From: Clostridia bacterium
GTDB lineage: Bacteria > Bacillota > Clostridia > Christensenellales > CAG-138
Direction: 5' to 3'
DNA: 63,371 bases
Assembly: GCA_016293975.1 (NCBI GenBank)
Contig: JAEDCW010000003.1
Span: 1 to 63,371 of the forward strand
Every line of letters starts with the position of its first letter. The stretch's first letter is position 1. The notes under the pieces were generated by a model. That model saw only the letters and a program-made list of their open reading frames with translations, had not been told where the DNA came from and searched no databases. Below are positions 27,757 through 38,636 of this stretch, piece after piece. The position numbers and the translations under genes are program-made.

Positions 27757-29181
27757 GTGCGCGGGTGTTTGAAGATGAATATTATAAAGAGGTTTTTTGA
27801 GCCTCGGTATATGGTTAAAGAGAACCTTATCTGTGGTGAGCTTCCCACAGCCTGCGAGGCATACGGGACGGCACTGCAACTTGCATGGCCATCTGCGCTG
27901 GAATCGGTACTTATTGCACTCATAGCCTCCATCGACACCATGATGGTCGGGGGCTTGGGTTCGGCCGCCATTTCCGCCGTTGGCATTACCACACAGCCTA
28001 AATTCATACTGCTTGCGCTGGTAATAACACTCAATATAGGTGTTACGGCTATAGTCGCGAGACGTAGGGGGGAGGGCGACATAGAGGGTGCAAATCGCTG
28101 TCTCAAGCAGGCGCTCTTGATCTCTGCAGGTTTAGGCGTAATAATGACCGTCATCTCCCAGCTTTTTGCGAGGGATCTTGTTTTGTTTGCCGGCGCAAAG
28201 CCCGATTACGTCGACGATGCCACCGCTTACTTTAAGATAATGATGTCGACGACTGCGTTTAATACGTGCGCAATGACAATGAACGCGGCGCAGAGGGGCT
28301 ACGGCAACACGAGGATATCGATGGTAACGAACGTCACGGCAAACCTCGCAAACGTACTTTTTAATTGGCTTCTCATAAACGGAATGTGGATATTCCCGAG
28401 AATGGAAGTGCGGGGTGCGGCACTCGCTACGGCAATATCATCAGTTGTAGCATTTTGCATAGCGCTTTCGTCGGTTATAAAGCCTGCGCAAAACAAGCTT
28501 TCGCTCACGGCTCAACGCACGTGGAGCTTCGACAAGCGTACGGTGTCTGGCATGGTAAAGGTCGCAAGCTCTGCGTTGGTAGAGCAGGTATTCTTAAGAG
28601 TAGGCTTCTTCATCTACTCGAGGTTGGCAGCCAATCTCGGCACGGTCGAATTTGCAACGCACCAGGTCTGTATGAGTCTTATACACATATCGTTTGCCTT
28701 CGGAGACGGCTTCGGGGTGGCTTCGACGTCGCTTGTAGGCAGGGGACTTGGCGAAGGGCGCCCGGATAAGTCCATGATATACGGCAGAGTCGGACAGAGG
28801 CTCGCGCTTATCATGGGCATATTGCTCGCCGCTGTTTTTGTCGCATTCAGATATCAGCTTATAGAGCTGTACTCGAATGAAGCGCCCGTAATCGAAATGG
28901 GCGGACAAATCGTCTACATAATCGCTTTGACTTGCCTTGTGCAGACGTCGCAGGTGGTAATATCGGGTTGTCTGAGAGGCGCGGGCGACTCCAAGTTCGT
29001 AGCTGTTTCTTCCTTTATCAGTGTGGGTATAGTCAGAACTGTTGTATCGTGGTTTCTGTGCTATCCATGCGGGCTCGGACTCATAGGTATGTGGCTCGGA
29101 TTATTCTTAGACCAGTTCATGAGACTTGTACTTAACTTTATAAGGTTCAGAGGAGCAAAGTGGACTCTCGTTAAGCTGTGA
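27757..29181 (+). CDS. MATE-family efflux transporter
   Basis: About 470 aa with 12 hydrophobic segments in two halves. The start is ambiguous (GTG 27757 or ATG 27775). Confidence 0.8.
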   Translation: MRGCLKMNIIKRFFEPRYMVKENLICGELPTACEAYGTALQLAWPSALESVLIALIASIDTMMVGGLGSAAISAVGITTQPKFILLALVITLNIGVTAIVARRRGEGDIEGANRCLKQALLISAGLGVIMTVISQLFARDLVLFAGAKPDYVDDATAYFKIMMSTTAFNTCAMTMNAAQRGYGNTRISMVTNVTANLANVLFNWLLINGMWIFPRMEVRGAALATAISSVVAFCIALSSVIKPAQNKLSLTAQRTWSFDKRTVSGMVKVASSALVEQVFLRVGFFIYSRLAANLGTVEFATHQVCMSLIHISFAFGDGFGVASTSLVGRGLGEGRPDKSMIYGRVGQRLALIMGILLAAVFVAFRYQLIELYSNEAPVIEMGGQIVYIIALTCLVQTSQVVISGCLRGAGDSKFVAVSSFISVGIVRTVVSWFLCYPCGLGLIGMWLGLFLDQFMRLVLNFIRFRGAKWTLVKL

Positions 29182-29227
29182 GTTCCATAATATATTTAAA
29201 AAAATGCGGATTTACCGCAAAAAAAGC

Positions 29228-29256
29228 TTGCATAAGGAACACATTTCGTGTATCCT
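29228..29256 (+). promoter_or_regulatory. candidate promoter of the S10 cluster with a ~200-nt leader
   Basis: TTGCAT, 17-nt spacer, TATCCT. A long untranslated leader runs to rpsJ at 29464. Confidence 0.4.
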
Positions 29257-29463
29257 AATTAGGCTGTGTGCAGTTTGGACACAAATTTGTTATGTGTTCA
29301 CACGCAATACAGGCTCGATGAGAGGTTACCGGTCAGGCCATACGGATAGTTCACATCGGGTAAAAGCCCAAGTAAATCGGGCGACGGGCGTAAAGCCTGC
29401 CTAAAAATTTCCTAAGGAAACGCAAGGCGGCGTGTATGCCCCAATCTACAAGGAGGAAATAAA

Positions 29464-29778
29464 ATGGCAAGCCAAAAAATCAGAATCAAGCTGAAGGCGT
29501 ACGAGCACAATCTTATCGATCAGAGCGCCGAGAAGATAGTGGAAACCGCCAAGAGAACAGGTGCCAGAGTATCAGGCCCAATCCCGCTCCCCACAGAGAA
29601 GGAAATCGTAACGATCCTTCGCTCGCCGCATAAGCACAAGGATTCGAGAGAGCAGTTCGAAATGCGCACACACAAGAGGCTTATCGACATTCTCCAGCCC
29701 TCCGCAAAGACGGTGGATGCGCTGATGAAGCTCGACCTCCCGGCAGGTGTTGACATTGAGCTCAAGCTGCTTAAATAG
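29464..29778 (+). CDS. rpsJ: 30S ribosomal protein S10
   Basis: [15 protein letters not shown]..; first gene of the S10 cluster. Confidence 0.97.
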   Translation: MASQKIRIKLKAYEHNLIDQSAEKIVETAKRTGARVSGPIPLPTEKEIVTILRSPHKHKDSREQFEMRTHKRLIDILQPSAKTVDALMKLDLPAGVDIELKLLK

Positions 29779-29788
29779 GAGGTAGAAC

Positions 29789-30415
29789 ATGAAGAAGGCT
29801 ATTTTGGGTAAGAAATTGGGCATGTCCCAGATGTTCGCGGCTGACGGAACACTGTTGCCCGTAACGGTAATACAGGCCGGTCCGTGCCCCGTTGTTCAGA
29901 AAAAGACGGTCGAGCATGACGGTTACAACGCCGTTCAGGTAGGTTTCGCACCGATTAGAGAAAAGCTTACGACCAAGCCCATGATCGGTCATTTCAAGAA
30001 GGCCGGAGTTGCGGCACATCGCTATTGCCGTGAGTTCAAGCTCGACGATGCAGCATCGATGGAAGTTGGTCAGGTAATCACAGCTGATACATTCGCCGTA
30101 GGCGACAAGGTTGACGTCTGCGCAATCAGCAAGGGCAAGGGCTTCCAGGGCGCAATCAAGCGTCACAATCAGTCAAGAGGCCGCATGACCCACGGTTCAC
30201 GTTATCATCGCAGAGTCGGTTCAATGAGTGCCTGCTCCTACCCCGGTGAAGTATTCAAACATAAGAAGCTCCCCGGACACATGGGTAGTGTAAGAGTCAC
30301 CATCCAGAACCTTGAGATAGTAAGAGTAGACGCAGAACGCAACCTGCTTCTCGTCAAGGGTGCAATCCCCGGTGCCAAGGGCAGCCTTTGCACGGTGAAG
30401 AGCACCGTAAAGTAA
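29789..30415 (+). CDS. rplC: 50S ribosomal protein L3
   Basis: [16 protein letters not shown].. and its position in the cluster. Confidence 0.97.
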   Translation: MKKAILGKKLGMSQMFAADGTLLPVTVIQAGPCPVVQKKTVEHDGYNAVQVGFAPIREKLTTKPMIGHFKKAGVAAHRYCREFKLDDAASMEVGQVITADTFAVGDKVDVCAISKGKGFQGAIKRHNQSRGRMTHGSRYHRRVGSMSACSYPGEVFKHKKLPGHMGSVRVTIQNLEIVRVDAERNLLLVKGAIPGAKGSLCTVKSTVK

Positions 30416-30428
30416 GGAGGAAGCTAAA

Positions 30429-31052
30429 ATGCTGAAAGTCGAACTTAAGAACATCGCCGGTCAGGTTATCGGCGAGGTAGAGCTCAACGAGAGCATATTC
30501 GGAATAGAGCCCAACATGACAGCGGTTCACAGCTATGTAAAGGCATACCTTGCAAACCAGCGCCAGGGCACCCAGAGCGCACTAACAAGGGCGCAGGTCA
30601 GCGGCGGCGGCATCAAGCCGTGGCGTCAGAAGGGCACAGGTAATGCCCGTCAGGGTTCAACACGTTCACCCCAGTGGAGACACGGCGGTATCGTATTCGC
30701 ACCCAAGCCCAGGGATTACCGCATGGACCTCAACAAGAAGGTCAAGCGCCTCGCACTCAAGAGCGTTCTCTCCGATAAGGCCGCAACAGGCAGCATCGTA
30801 GTATTGGACGCAATAGAGCTCGAAGCTGCAAAGACAAAGGAAATGATAAAAGTAATGAAGAATCTCAACCTCACAAATGCCCTCGTGGTGCTTGATGAGA
30901 AGAACGAGACCGTACAGCGTGCGACGGCAAACCTGCCCAAGATCGCAACGACGCTGGTAGGCACACTCAATCCCTATGAGATTCTCAAGCATACGACGCT
31001 CGTCCTCACAAAGGCAGCGCTCGAAAAGGTCGAGGAGGTATATCAGGGATGA
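30429..31052 (+). CDS. rplD: 50S ribosomal protein L4
   Basis: ..GGGIKPWRQKGTGNARQGS.. motif. Confidence 0.97.
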   Translation: MLKVELKNIAGQVIGEVELNESIFGIEPNMTAVHSYVKAYLANQRQGTQSALTRAQVSGGGIKPWRQKGTGNARQGSTRSPQWRHGGIVFAPKPRDYRMDLNKKVKRLALKSVLSDKAATGSIVVLDAIELEAAKTKEMIKVMKNLNLTNALVVLDEKNETVQRATANLPKIATTLVGTLNPYEILKHTTLVLTKAALEKVEEVYQG

Positions 31053-31342
31053 ACGCATACGACATCATTATTAAGCCCGTACTGACCGAAAAGTCCTTCG
31101 ATCACGTTCCCGAGAAGAGATACACCTTCATCGTAGCCAAGAACGCGACAAAGACAGAGGTCAAGGAAGCCGTAGAAAAGATATTCGGCGTCACAGTTGA
31201 CAGAGTCAACATCGTCAACACCCTCGGAAAGATCAAGAGGATGGGCGCACACCAGGGTCGCCGTCCCAATCTCAAGAAGGCCTATGTAACACTGAAAGAG
31301 GACTCAAAGGGTATCGAGTTCTTCGACAGCATGGGACAGTAA
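31049..31342 (+). CDS. rplW: 50S ribosomal protein L23
   Basis: [16 protein letters not shown]..; ATGA overlap with rplD. Confidence 0.97.
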   Translation: MNAYDIIIKPVLTEKSFDHVPEKRYTFIVAKNATKTEVKEAVEKIFGVTVDRVNIVNTLGKIKRMGAHQGRRPNLKKAYVTLKEDSKGIEFFDSMGQ

Positions 31343-31353
31343 GGAGGACAAAA

Positions 31354-32187
31354 ATGGCTATTAGAAAGATAAAGCCCACCACACCGGGTCAGCGTTTTAT
31401 GACAGTATCCCAGCATGAGGAAATTACCTGCACGACTCCTGAAAAATCGCTGCTCGAAGACCTCAGAAAGCAGGGTGGACGTAATAATTCAGGCCGCATC
31501 ACCGTTCGTCATCGTGGCGGCGGAGCAAGGCGCAAGTATCGTATAATCGACTTCAAGCGCAACAAGGACGGTATTCCCGCAACAGTTGCAACGATCGAAT
31601 ACGATCCCAACCGTTCAGCTAATATCGCTCTTCTGCACTACGCAGACGGCGAAAAGCGCTACATCATCGCTCCCCTTGGTCTCAAGGTCGGCGATAAGGT
31701 AGTAAGCGGCGAAGGCGCAGATATCAAGGTCGGTAACGCACTTGAAATCAGAAACATCCCTGTAGGCAGCATGATCCACTGTATCGAGCTCAAGCCCGGC
31801 AAGGGTGCTCAGCTCGTAAGAAGCGCAGGTAACGCCGCTCAGCTCATGGCTAAGGAAGGCAAGTATGCGCAGGTAAGACTGCCCAGCGGCGAAGTGAGAT
31901 ACATCCCAATGAACGCCAAGGCAACAATCGGCCAGGTCGGCAACGCAGACCACGAGCTCGTTATGTACGGCAAGGCCGGTAGAATCCGCCACAAGGGCTT
32001 CCGTCCGACAGTCCGCGGTTCAGTTATGAACCCCTGTGACCATCCGCACGGCGGTGGTGAGGGCAAGAGCCCGATAGGACGTCCGGGTCCTGTAACTCCG
32101 TGGGGCAAACCCGCACTTGGTCATAAGACGAGAAAGACCAAAAACATCAATGATAAGTTCATAGTTCGCCGCAGGAACGGCAAGTGA
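31354..32187 (+). CDS. rplB: 50S ribosomal protein L2
   Basis: [22 protein letters not shown].. Confidence 0.98.
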   Translation: MAIRKIKPTTPGQRFMTVSQHEEITCTTPEKSLLEDLRKQGGRNNSGRITVRHRGGGARRKYRIIDFKRNKDGIPATVATIEYDPNRSANIALLHYADGEKRYIIAPLGLKVGDKVVSGEGADIKVGNALEIRNIPVGSMIHCIELKPGKGAQLVRSAGNAAQLMAKEGKYAQVRLPSGEVRYIPMNAKATIGQVGNADHELVMYGKAGRIRHKGFRPTVRGSVMNPCDHPHGGGEGKSPIGRPGPVTPWGKPALGHKTRKTKNINDKFIVRRRNGK

Positions 32188-32209
32188 TAACGAAAGGAGA
32201 TTTGTCTAA

Positions 32210-32491
32210 ATGAGTAGGTCAGTTAAGAAGGGCCCGTTTGTGGAAGAGCGCCTCATGAAGCGCATCGAAGACATGAATGCAAGCGGCAAGAAAGCAGTCG
32301 TCAAGACCTGGTCGCGTGCATCCACCATCTTCCCGGATTTCGTTGGTCACACAATCGCCGTCCATGACGGAAAAAAGCATGTTCCGGTATACATTACCGA
32401 GGAAATGGTCGGTCACAAGCTCGGTGAGTTCGCACCGACACGTACTTTCCGTGGTCACAGAGGTTCTGAAAAGTCCTCTGGCGGCAGATAA
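32210..32491 (+). CDS. rpsS: 30S ribosomal protein S19
   Basis: [24 protein letters not shown].. Confidence 0.98.
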   Translation: MSRSVKKGPFVEERLMKRIEDMNASGKKAVVKTWSRASTIFPDFVGHTIAVHDGKKHVPVYITEEMVGHKLGEFAPTRTFRGHRGSEKSSGGR

Positions 32492-32503
32492 GGAGGAAGT
32501 AAA

Positions 32504-32902
32504 ATGGCAACCAGAATGAAAGAAAAGGCGGCTATTCGCCAGGAAAACGCAGATAGAAGGCCTCGTGCAATCGCCCGCTACGTCAGGATTTCCTCCCGTA
32601 AGGTAAAGATTGTCATCGATCTCATCAGGGGAAAGAACTACAAGGAAGCTGAAGCGATCCTCATGTACACCCCCAAGGCTGCAAGCGAGCCCGTTCTGAA
32701 GCTCTTGCGCTCCGCAGGTGCAAACGCGGAAAACAACCTCGGTCTGAACGTTGAAGACCTCTACGTCGCCGAAGTATTTGCAAACCAGGGCCCGACACTC
32801 AAGAGATTCATGCCCCGCGCCAGAGGCCGTGCGACAAGAATCCGCAAGCGTACCAGCCACATTACATTGATACTCGACCAGAAGGTCGCCGCAAACGACT
32901 AA
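32504..32902 (+). CDS. rplV: 50S ribosomal protein L22
   Basis: ..[21 protein letters not shown].. Confidence 0.96.
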   Translation: MATRMKEKAAIRQENADRRPRAIARYVRISSRKVKIVIDLIRGKNYKEAEAILMYTPKAASEPVLKLLRSAGANAENNLGLNVEDLYVAEVFANQGPTLKRFMPRARGRATRIRKRTSHITLILDQKVAAND

Positions 32903-32913
32903 GGAGGAACACT

Positions 32914-33552
32914 ATGGGACAGAAAGTTAATCCGAATGGCTTCCGCGTAGGCGTTATCAAGGATTGGAACACCCGTTGGTATGCCTCCAAGAAGGATTTC
33001 GCAGATTATCTGATCGAAGATAAGGCGATCAGAGATTACCTTAAGAAGACCTATTACGCATCCGGTGTTGCAGCCATTACGATCGAGCGTACAGTAGGCA
33101 AGATCATCGTCAGCATCCACACAGCTCGTCCCGGTATGCTTATCGGCAAGGGCGGCGTAGGAATCGACGAGATCAAGAAGGGCGTATCAAAGCTCACAGG
33201 CAAGCCCGTAAGCGTTAACATCATCGAGGTCAAGAATGCGGACGCAAACGCACAGTTGGCAGCTGAGAACATCGCAGCACAGCTTGAAAAGCGCGTTTCA
33301 CACCGTCGAGCGATGAAGCAGCAGATGACACGCGCCATGAAGGCCGGTGCAAAGGGAATTAAGATTCTTTGCTCGGGTCGTTTGGGCGGAAGAGAAATCG
33401 CGGGCAGCGAAGGCTACCATGACGGTTCAATACCGCTTCAGACAATGCGTGCCAACATCGAGTATGGCTTCGCTGAGGCACATACGACATACGGCCGTAT
33501 CGGTGTAAAGGTTTGGATCTACAAGGGCGAAGTCCTTGGCGGTCGCAAGTAA
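32914..33552 (+). CDS. rpsC: 30S ribosomal protein S3
   Basis: [18 protein letters not shown].. Confidence 0.98.
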   Translation: MGQKVNPNGFRVGVIKDWNTRWYASKKDFADYLIEDKAIRDYLKKTYYASGVAAITIERTVGKIIVSIHTARPGMLIGKGGVGIDEIKKGVSKLTGKPVSVNIIEVKNADANAQLAAENIAAQLEKRVSHRRAMKQQMTRAMKAGAKGIKILCSGRLGGREIAGSEGYHDGSIPLQTMRANIEYGFAEAHTTYGRIGVKVWIYKGEVLGGRK

Positions 33553-33567
33553 AGGAGGACGAACATC

Positions 33568-33996
33568 ATGTTGATGCCTAAGAGAGTAAAGCGCAGGAGA
33601 GTACATCGCGGTCGCATGAAGGGTACCGCTCAGAGAGGCAACCGCATTGCTTACGGTGATATCGGCCTCGTAGCAACAGAACCTGCATGGGTCACCAGTA
33701 ATCAGATAGAAGCTGCTCGTATTGCAATGACACGTTACATCAAACGTGGTGGTCAGGTCTGGATAAACATATTCCCTGATAAGCCCGTAACCGAAAAGCC
33801 CGCTGAGACCCGAATGGGTTCCGGTAAGGGTTCACCCGAATACTGGGTGGCGGTCGTAAAGCCCGGTCGTGTAATGTTTGAGATTGGCGGCGTAGACGAG
33901 GCAATCGGCCGCGAGGCAATGAGGCTTGCAATGCATAAGCTTCCCCTCAAGTGCAAGATAGTCACAAAGGAAACCGAAAAGGGTGGTGAAAACTAA
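33568..33996 (+). CDS. rplP: 50S ribosomal protein L16
   Basis: [19 protein letters not shown].. Confidence 0.97.
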   Translation: MLMPKRVKRRRVHRGRMKGTAQRGNRIAYGDIGLVATEPAWVTSNQIEAARIAMTRYIKRGGQVWINIFPDKPVTEKPAETRMGSGKGSPEYWVAVVKPGRVMFEIGGVDEAIGREAMRLAMHKLPLKCKIVTKETEKGGEN

Positions 33997-34199
33997 TGAA
34001 GGCTGAAGAACTTAAGAAGCTTAAGGAGATGTCCATGGAGGACCTCGCAAAGAAAGAGCAGGAGCTCAAGGAAGAGCTGTTCAACCTTCGTTTCCAGCAG
34101 GCAACAGGTCAGCTGAGAAACCCGCTTCGCATCAGGGAATGCAAGAGGGATATCGCCCGAGTAAAGACCGTCGTATGCGAGCGCAGGCTTGACGCATAG
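33996..34199 (+). CDS. rpmC: 50S ribosomal protein L29
   Basis: 67 aa. ..[18 protein letters not shown].. Confidence 0.95.
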   Translation: MKAEELKKLKEMSMEDLAKKEQELKEELFNLRFQQATGQLRNPLRIRECKRDIARVKTVVCERRLDA

Positions 34200-34211
34200 T
34201 AGAAGGAGGAT

Positions 34212-34475
34212 ATGATTATGGAAAACAGAGGTCTTCGCAAGACACGTACCGGCGTCGTTGTTAGCGATAAGATGGATAAGACCGTTACAATCGCCATCCA
34301 GACAAAGGTTCGCCATCCTCTCTACGGAAAGATGGTTAACCGCACCCACAAGTTCAAGGCTCACGATGAAGAGAACCAGTGCGGCATCGGCGATACAGTA
34401 AGGATTATGGAGACACGCCCCCTTTCAAAGGATAAGCGTTGGCGCGTCGTCGAAATAATAGAAAAAGCTAAATAA
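34212..34475 (+). CDS. rpsQ: 30S ribosomal protein S17
   Basis: ..[20 protein letters not shown].. Confidence 0.96.
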   Translation: MIMENRGLRKTRTGVVVSDKMDKTVTIAIQTKVRHPLYGKMVNRTHKFKAHDEENQCGIGDTVRIMETRPLSKDKRWRVVEIIEKAK

Positions 34476-34495
34476 GCCGAAAAGGAGGAACGACA

Positions 34496-34864
34496 ATGAT
34501 ACAGCCTCAGACCAGGTTAAAGGTTGCGGACAACAGCGGTGCAAAGGAAATCATGTGCATCCGCGTACTCGGTGGTTCGCGTGTCAAGAGCGCAAACGTC
34601 GGCGACGTTATAGTTGCAGCGGTAAAGTCCGCTTCCCCCGACGGCGCGGTTAAGAAGAAGGACGTTGTTAAGGCAGTTGTAGTACGCACGGTATCCGGTG
34701 TGCATCGCGCTGACGGCAGCTACATCAGGTTCGATGACAACGCAGCAGTTATAATTAACGACCAGAAGCAGCCCCGCGGCACTCGTATATTTGGGCCGGT
34801 GGCTAGGGAGCTCCGTGAGAAGGATTACATTAAGATCGTATCCCTCGCTCCCGAAGTGCTCTAA
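34496..34864 (+). CDS. rplN: 50S ribosomal protein L14
   Basis: [18 protein letters not shown].. Confidence 0.98.
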   Translation: MIQPQTRLKVADNSGAKEIMCIRVLGGSRVKSANVGDVIVAAVKSASPDGAVKKKDVVKAVVVRTVSGVHRADGSYIRFDDNAAVIINDQKQPRGTRIFGPVARELREKDYIKIVSLAPEVL

Positions 34865-34875
34865 GGAGGGTAAGC

Positions 34876-35214
34876 ATGAACAATCTGAAAGTTAAAACCG
34901 GCGATACAGTAATCGTCATAGCCGGCGACAAAGAAGACGTCGGCAAGAAGGGCAAGATCATGTCCGTTGACCGTGACAACAGCCGTGTATTGGTTCAGGG
35001 CAGGAACATGATTACCCGCCATACTCGCCCTCGCAAGCAGGGCGATGCCGGTGGACGTATCGAGAAGGAAGGCACGATCCATGTGTCAAACGTAATGCTC
35101 GTATGCCCCAAGTGCAACATGCCCACTCGCGTAGGTTATACCTTCACAGAGGGCAAGGACAAGAAGTTGGTCAAGGTTCGCACATGCAAGAAGTGTGGCA
35201 AGGCAATAGACTGA
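34876..35214 (+). CDS. rplX: 50S ribosomal protein L24
   Basis: KOW motif ..[22 protein letters not shown].. plus a C-terminal CPKC..CKKCG zinc-ribbon-like extension. Confidence 0.95.
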   Translation: MNNLKVKTGDTVIVIAGDKEDVGKKGKIMSVDRDNSRVLVQGRNMITRHTRPRKQGDAGGRIEKEGTIHVSNVMLVCPKCNMPTRVGYTFTEGKDKKLVKVRTCKKCGKAID

Positions 35215-35233
35215 GGCAAGGAGGAAACTAAAC

Positions 35234-35851
35234 GTGGCAAAGAAGAATGAAGCTCCTCAGGCAACTACAGCCAAGAAGAAGAATCAGGAACAGGCTAAGG
35301 CGTTCAGCGCCCCCGCCCGCCTCAGGATAAAATACAAAGAGGAAGTAGTACCCGCTCTCCTGGAGCAGTTTAAGTACGAGAACATCATGCAGGTTCCGAA
35401 GCTTGTGAAGATAGTCATCAACATGGGTCTCGGTGCCGAAAAAGATAACCCCAAGGGCATGGACAGCGCTGCCGAAGAGCTTGGCATCATCTCCGGCCAG
35501 AAGGTCGTCATCACAAAGGCAAAGAAGTCCGTTGCGAACTTCAAGGTCCGTCAGGGCATGAACGTCGGCGCAAAGGTCACCCTCCGCGGCGACAGAATGT
35601 ACTATTTCGCAGATAAGCTGATGAACATCGTTCTCCCCCGTGTTCGTGACTTCCGTGGTGTACCGAGTTCCAGCTTTGATGGACGCGGCAACTACGCAAT
35701 GGGTCTGCGCGAGCAGCTTATATTCCCTGAAATCAACTATGACGACGTGGATAAGGTTCGCGGTATGGACATTGCATTCGTAACGACAGCTCAGACAGAC
35801 GAAGAAGCAAAGGCGCTTCTTAAGCTCCTGGGTATGCCCTTCGCAGAATAA
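35234..35851 (+). CDS. rplE: 50S ribosomal protein L5 with a ~26-aa Lys/Ala/Gln-rich N-terminal extension
   Basis: GTG start 8 nt after AAGGAGG. The canonical L5 core begins at ..[15 protein letters not shown].. There is no in-frame ATG, GTG or TTG near the canonical start. Confidence 0.93.
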   Translation: MAKKNEAPQATTAKKKNQEQAKAFSAPARLRIKYKEEVVPALLEQFKYENIMQVPKLVKIVINMGLGAEKDNPKGMDSAAEELGIISGQKVVITKAKKSVANFKVRQGMNVGAKVTLRGDRMYYFADKLMNIVLPRVRDFRGVPSSSFDGRGNYAMGLREQLIFPEINYDDVDKVRGMDIAFVTTAQTDEEAKALLKLLGMPFAE

Positions 35852-35861
35852 GGAGGAACAC

Positions 35862-36047
35862 ATGGCAAAGACAAGTTTGAAGATTAAGCAGAGCCGCCCC
35901 GCAAAGTTCAGCACTCGTGCTTATACACGCTGCCGTATCTGCGGTCGTCCGCACTCTGTCTTGAGGAAGTATGGCATCTGCCGTGTTTGCTTCCGCGAAG
36001 AAGCATATAAGGGAAACATCCCCGGAATGCGCAAGGCAAGCTGGTAA
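35862..36047 (+). CDS. rpsN: 30S ribosomal protein S14, type Z (zinc-binding)
   Basis: 61 aa. [23 protein letters not shown]. Confidence 0.97.
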   Translation: MAKTSLKIKQSRPAKFSTRAYTRCRICGRPHSVLRKYGICRVCFREEAYKGNIPGMRKASW

Positions 36048-36065
36048 GCGAAAGGAGAAAGAAAA

Positions 36066-36464
36066 ATGCTGATCACAGATACAATCGCTGATATGCTGAC
36101 AAGAATCCGCAATGCGCTCACCGCAAAGCATGCTACAGTAAGCATTCCCTGCTCCACTGTCAAACTCGAGATTGCCCGTATACTCAGGGAAGAGGGCTAC
36201 ATCAAGGGTTATGAGATCGTGGAAAACGGTGTTGAGAAGAACATTGTAATCGACCTGAAGTACGGTCCTAACCGTGAAAGAGTCATTACAGGTCTCAAGC
36301 GCATCAGCCGTCCCGGCCTGAGAATCTACGCTCGCAAGGACAACCTGCCCCGCGTACTCAACGGCATGGGTATCGCCATAATCTCGACATCACGCGGCAT
36401 CGTAACAGATCGCGAGTGCAGGAAGCTTGGCATTGGCGGCGAAGTACTTGCATACGTTTGGTAA
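36066..36464 (+). CDS. rpsH: 30S ribosomal protein S8
   Basis: [17 protein letters not shown].. Confidence 0.98.
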   Translation: MLITDTIADMLTRIRNALTAKHATVSIPCSTVKLEIARILREEGYIKGYEIVENGVEKNIVIDLKYGPNRERVITGLKRISRPGLRIYARKDNLPRVLNGMGIAIISTSRGIVTDRECRKLGIGGEVLAYVW

Positions 36465-36540
36465 GCTTTAGCTTATGGATGGAGATCCGAGAGTTCTCTG
36501 TCCGTAATCTATATAAAAGAATTTTTTGGAGGTGTACACA

Positions 36541-37080
36541 ATGTCACGAATCGGAAAACTTCCGATCACAATTCCTGCCGGAGTGACAATCACGGTCGCT
36601 GACGATAACACCGTTGTCGTAAAAGGCCCCAAGGGCGAACTGCGCGAGAAGATTTCACCCAAGATGGGATTGCAAATCGAGGATGGCGTACTTCATGTAA
36701 CCCGTCCTAACGATCTTAAGGAGAACAGAGCGCTTCACGGCCTTTCACGTTCACTTATTCACAACATGGTAGTCGGCGTGACCACCGGTTATCAGAAGGC
36801 CCTTGAAATAGTCGGTACAGGCTATAGAGCATCGAAGAACGGCAAGACCCTCGTGCTCAACGTTGGTTACTCACATCCCGTCGAGTTCGTAGAGCCCGCA
36901 GGTATTGAGTACGAAGTACCTGCACCCACAAAGGTTATAGTAAAGGGTATAAGCAAGCAGCAGGTCGGTCAGCTTGCAGCAGACATCCGCGCGACACGTG
37001 AGCCTGAACCCTATAAGGGCAAGGGTATCAAGTATGACTATGAAGTCATCCGTCGTAAGGAAGGCAAGACCGGTAAGTAA
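36541..37080 (+). CDS. rplF: 50S ribosomal protein L6
   Basis: [15 protein letters not shown].. after GGAGGT. The ORF track starts 5 codons earlier. Confidence 0.97.
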   Translation: MSRIGKLPITIPAGVTITVADDNTVVVKGPKGELREKISPKMGLQIEDGVLHVTRPNDLKENRALHGLSRSLIHNMVVGVTTGYQKALEIVGTGYRASKNGKTLVLNVGYSHPVEFVEPAGIEYEVPAPTKVIVKGISKQQVGQLAADIRATREPEPYKGKGIKYDYEVIRRKEGKTGK

Positions 37081-37101
37081 GCCTAAGAGAGGAGTAGCAT
37101 T

Positions 37102-37470
37102 ATGATTTCAAAGATAGATAAGAACTCCGTGCGCAAGGCTCGCCATTATCGTACCCGTAGATACATAATCGGTACGGAAGCAAGGCCCAGGCTTAATGTC
37201 TACCGCAGCTTGCAGCACATCTATGCACAGATTATCGACGATAAAAACGGAGTTACTCTCTGTGCGTCAAGCACTCTCGACGCCGAAGTAAAGGCACAGC
37301 TCGAGGGTAAAACCAAAAAGGAAGCCGCAATGATAGTCGGCGAAGTAATCGGTCGTCGCGCTAAGGAAAAGGGCGTAAACCAGGTCGTATTCGATCGTGG
37401 CGGCTATCTCTACACCGGTCGTGTAGCAGCTCTCGCGGAGGGCGCTCGCAAGTCCGGTCTGGACTTCTAA
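37102..37470 (+). CDS. rplR: 50S ribosomal protein L18
   Basis: ..[20 protein letters not shown].. Confidence 0.97.
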   Translation: MISKIDKNSVRKARHYRTRRYIIGTEARPRLNVYRSLQHIYAQIIDDKNGVTLCASSTLDAEVKAQLEGKTKKEAAMIVGEVIGRRAKEKGVNQVVFDRGGYLYTGRVAALAEGARKSGLDF

Positions 37471-37479
37471 GGGAGGTAA

Positions 37480-37986
37480 ATGATGCAGAGACGTTTCGAA
37501 CAGGCAGAACCTGAATTCAAGGAAAGACTGGTTAGCATCAATCGTGTATCCAAGACCGTTAAGGGCGGCCGTAACATGAGGTTCTCGGCTCTCGTCGTAG
37601 TCGGCGATGAGAAGGGCCGCGTAGGTATCGGCGTAGGTAAGGCGGTTGAGGTTCCCGAGGCAGTCCGCAAGGCAGCCGTTGATGCTAAGCGTCATATCGT
37701 AACAATCCCGATCGTTGGAACAACAATCCCACATGCTGTTGAGGGCAAGTTCTCAAAGGGTCACGTAAGAATGCTCCCCGCTCCCGAGGGTACAGGCGTT
37801 ATCGCCGGCGGTCCCGTCCGCGCAATCCTCGAGATGGCAGGCATTAAGGACATTCGTACAAAGAGCTACGGCTCCAGCAACCCCGCAAACTGCGTTAAGG
37901 CGGCTTTGGACGGGCTGCTCCAGCTCCGCACGGTTGAGCAGATAGCTAAGTTGCGCGGTAAGTCCGTAGAAGAAATTCTCGGTTAA
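37480..37986 (+). CDS. rpsE: 30S ribosomal protein S5
   Basis: ..[24 protein letters not shown].. Confidence 0.97.
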   Translation: MMQRRFEQAEPEFKERLVSINRVSKTVKGGRNMRFSALVVVGDEKGRVGIGVGKAVEVPEAVRKAAVDAKRHIVTIPIVGTTIPHAVEGKFSKGHVRMLPAPEGTGVIAGGPVRAILEMAGIKDIRTKSYGSSNPANCVKAALDGLLQLRTVEQIAKLRGKSVEEILG

Positions 37987-38000
37987 TGGAGGGCAAACAG

Positions 38001-38180
38001 ATGGCAAACTTGAAAATAACGCTCGTAAAGAGCACCATTGGCGCCCTTAAAGACCAGCAGGCAACAGTTGCGGCTCTCGGCCTCCGTAAGATCCATCAGA
38101 CGGTAGTCAAACCCGACAACGCGTGTGTCCGCGGCATGATCTTCAAGGTAAAGCACCTTGTCAAGGTCGAAGAAGAGTAA
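38001..38180 (+). CDS. rpmD: 50S ribosomal protein L30
   Basis: [14 protein letters not shown].. after GGAGGG. The ORF track starts 5 codons earlier. Confidence 0.95.
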   Translation: MANLKITLVKSTIGALKDQQATVAALGLRKIHQTVVKPDNACVRGMIFKVKHLVKVEEE

Positions 38181-38192
38181 TGGAGGTGCAGG

Positions 38193-38636
38193 ATGAAACT
38201 GAACGAACTGAGACCCGCTGAGGGTTCCATATTCGCAGAAAAGCGCGTTGGACGCGGCACCGGTTCCGGCCTCGGCAAGACTTCGGGCAAGGGACATAAG
38301 GGTCAGAAAGCTCGCAGCGGAAGCAAGAAGAACGGCTTTGAGGGCGGTCAGATGCCTCTCGCTCGCCGTATTCCTAAGCGCGGCTTCACCAACGCAAGAT
38401 TTGCGAAGGTATTTACGGTAATCAACGTTTCCGATCTCGAAACACTCGAGAACGGCACGGTAGTAACCGCTGAATTGCTCAAGGCCATGGGCATCATCAG
38501 CAAAATCGAGAAGGACGGACTCAAGGTTTTGGGTCGCGGCGAGCTTACAAAGCGTTTGGATGTAAAGGCTGCAAAGTTTTCAGAGACAGCCCAGAAAGCC
38601 ATTGAGGCCGCGGGCGGAACTGTTGAGGTGCTCTAA
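38193..38636 (+). CDS. rplO: 50S ribosomal protein L15
   Basis: [36 protein letters not shown].. Confidence 0.97.
   Translation: MKLNELRPAEGSIFAEKRVGRGTGSGLGKTSGKGHKGQKARSGSKKNGFEGGQMPLARRIPKRGFTNARFAKVFTVINVSDLETLENGTVVTAELLKAMGIISKIEKDGLKVLGRGELTKRLDVKAAKFSETAQKAIEAAGGTVEVL

Noticed and set aside
29200-29226. GCGG-ATTTA-CCGC hairpin flanked by A7 runs after the MATE gene, considered as a terminator.
   Set aside because: The stem is only 4 bp and no T-run follows on the + strand. It is not convincing.
32219-32860. Long antisense ORFs inside the r-protein cluster. Others include 35228-35914, 38777-39391, 40451-41074 and 33993-34364.
   Set aside because: They oppose universally conserved ribosomal, secY and map genes. 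They have no SD and no recognisable domain.
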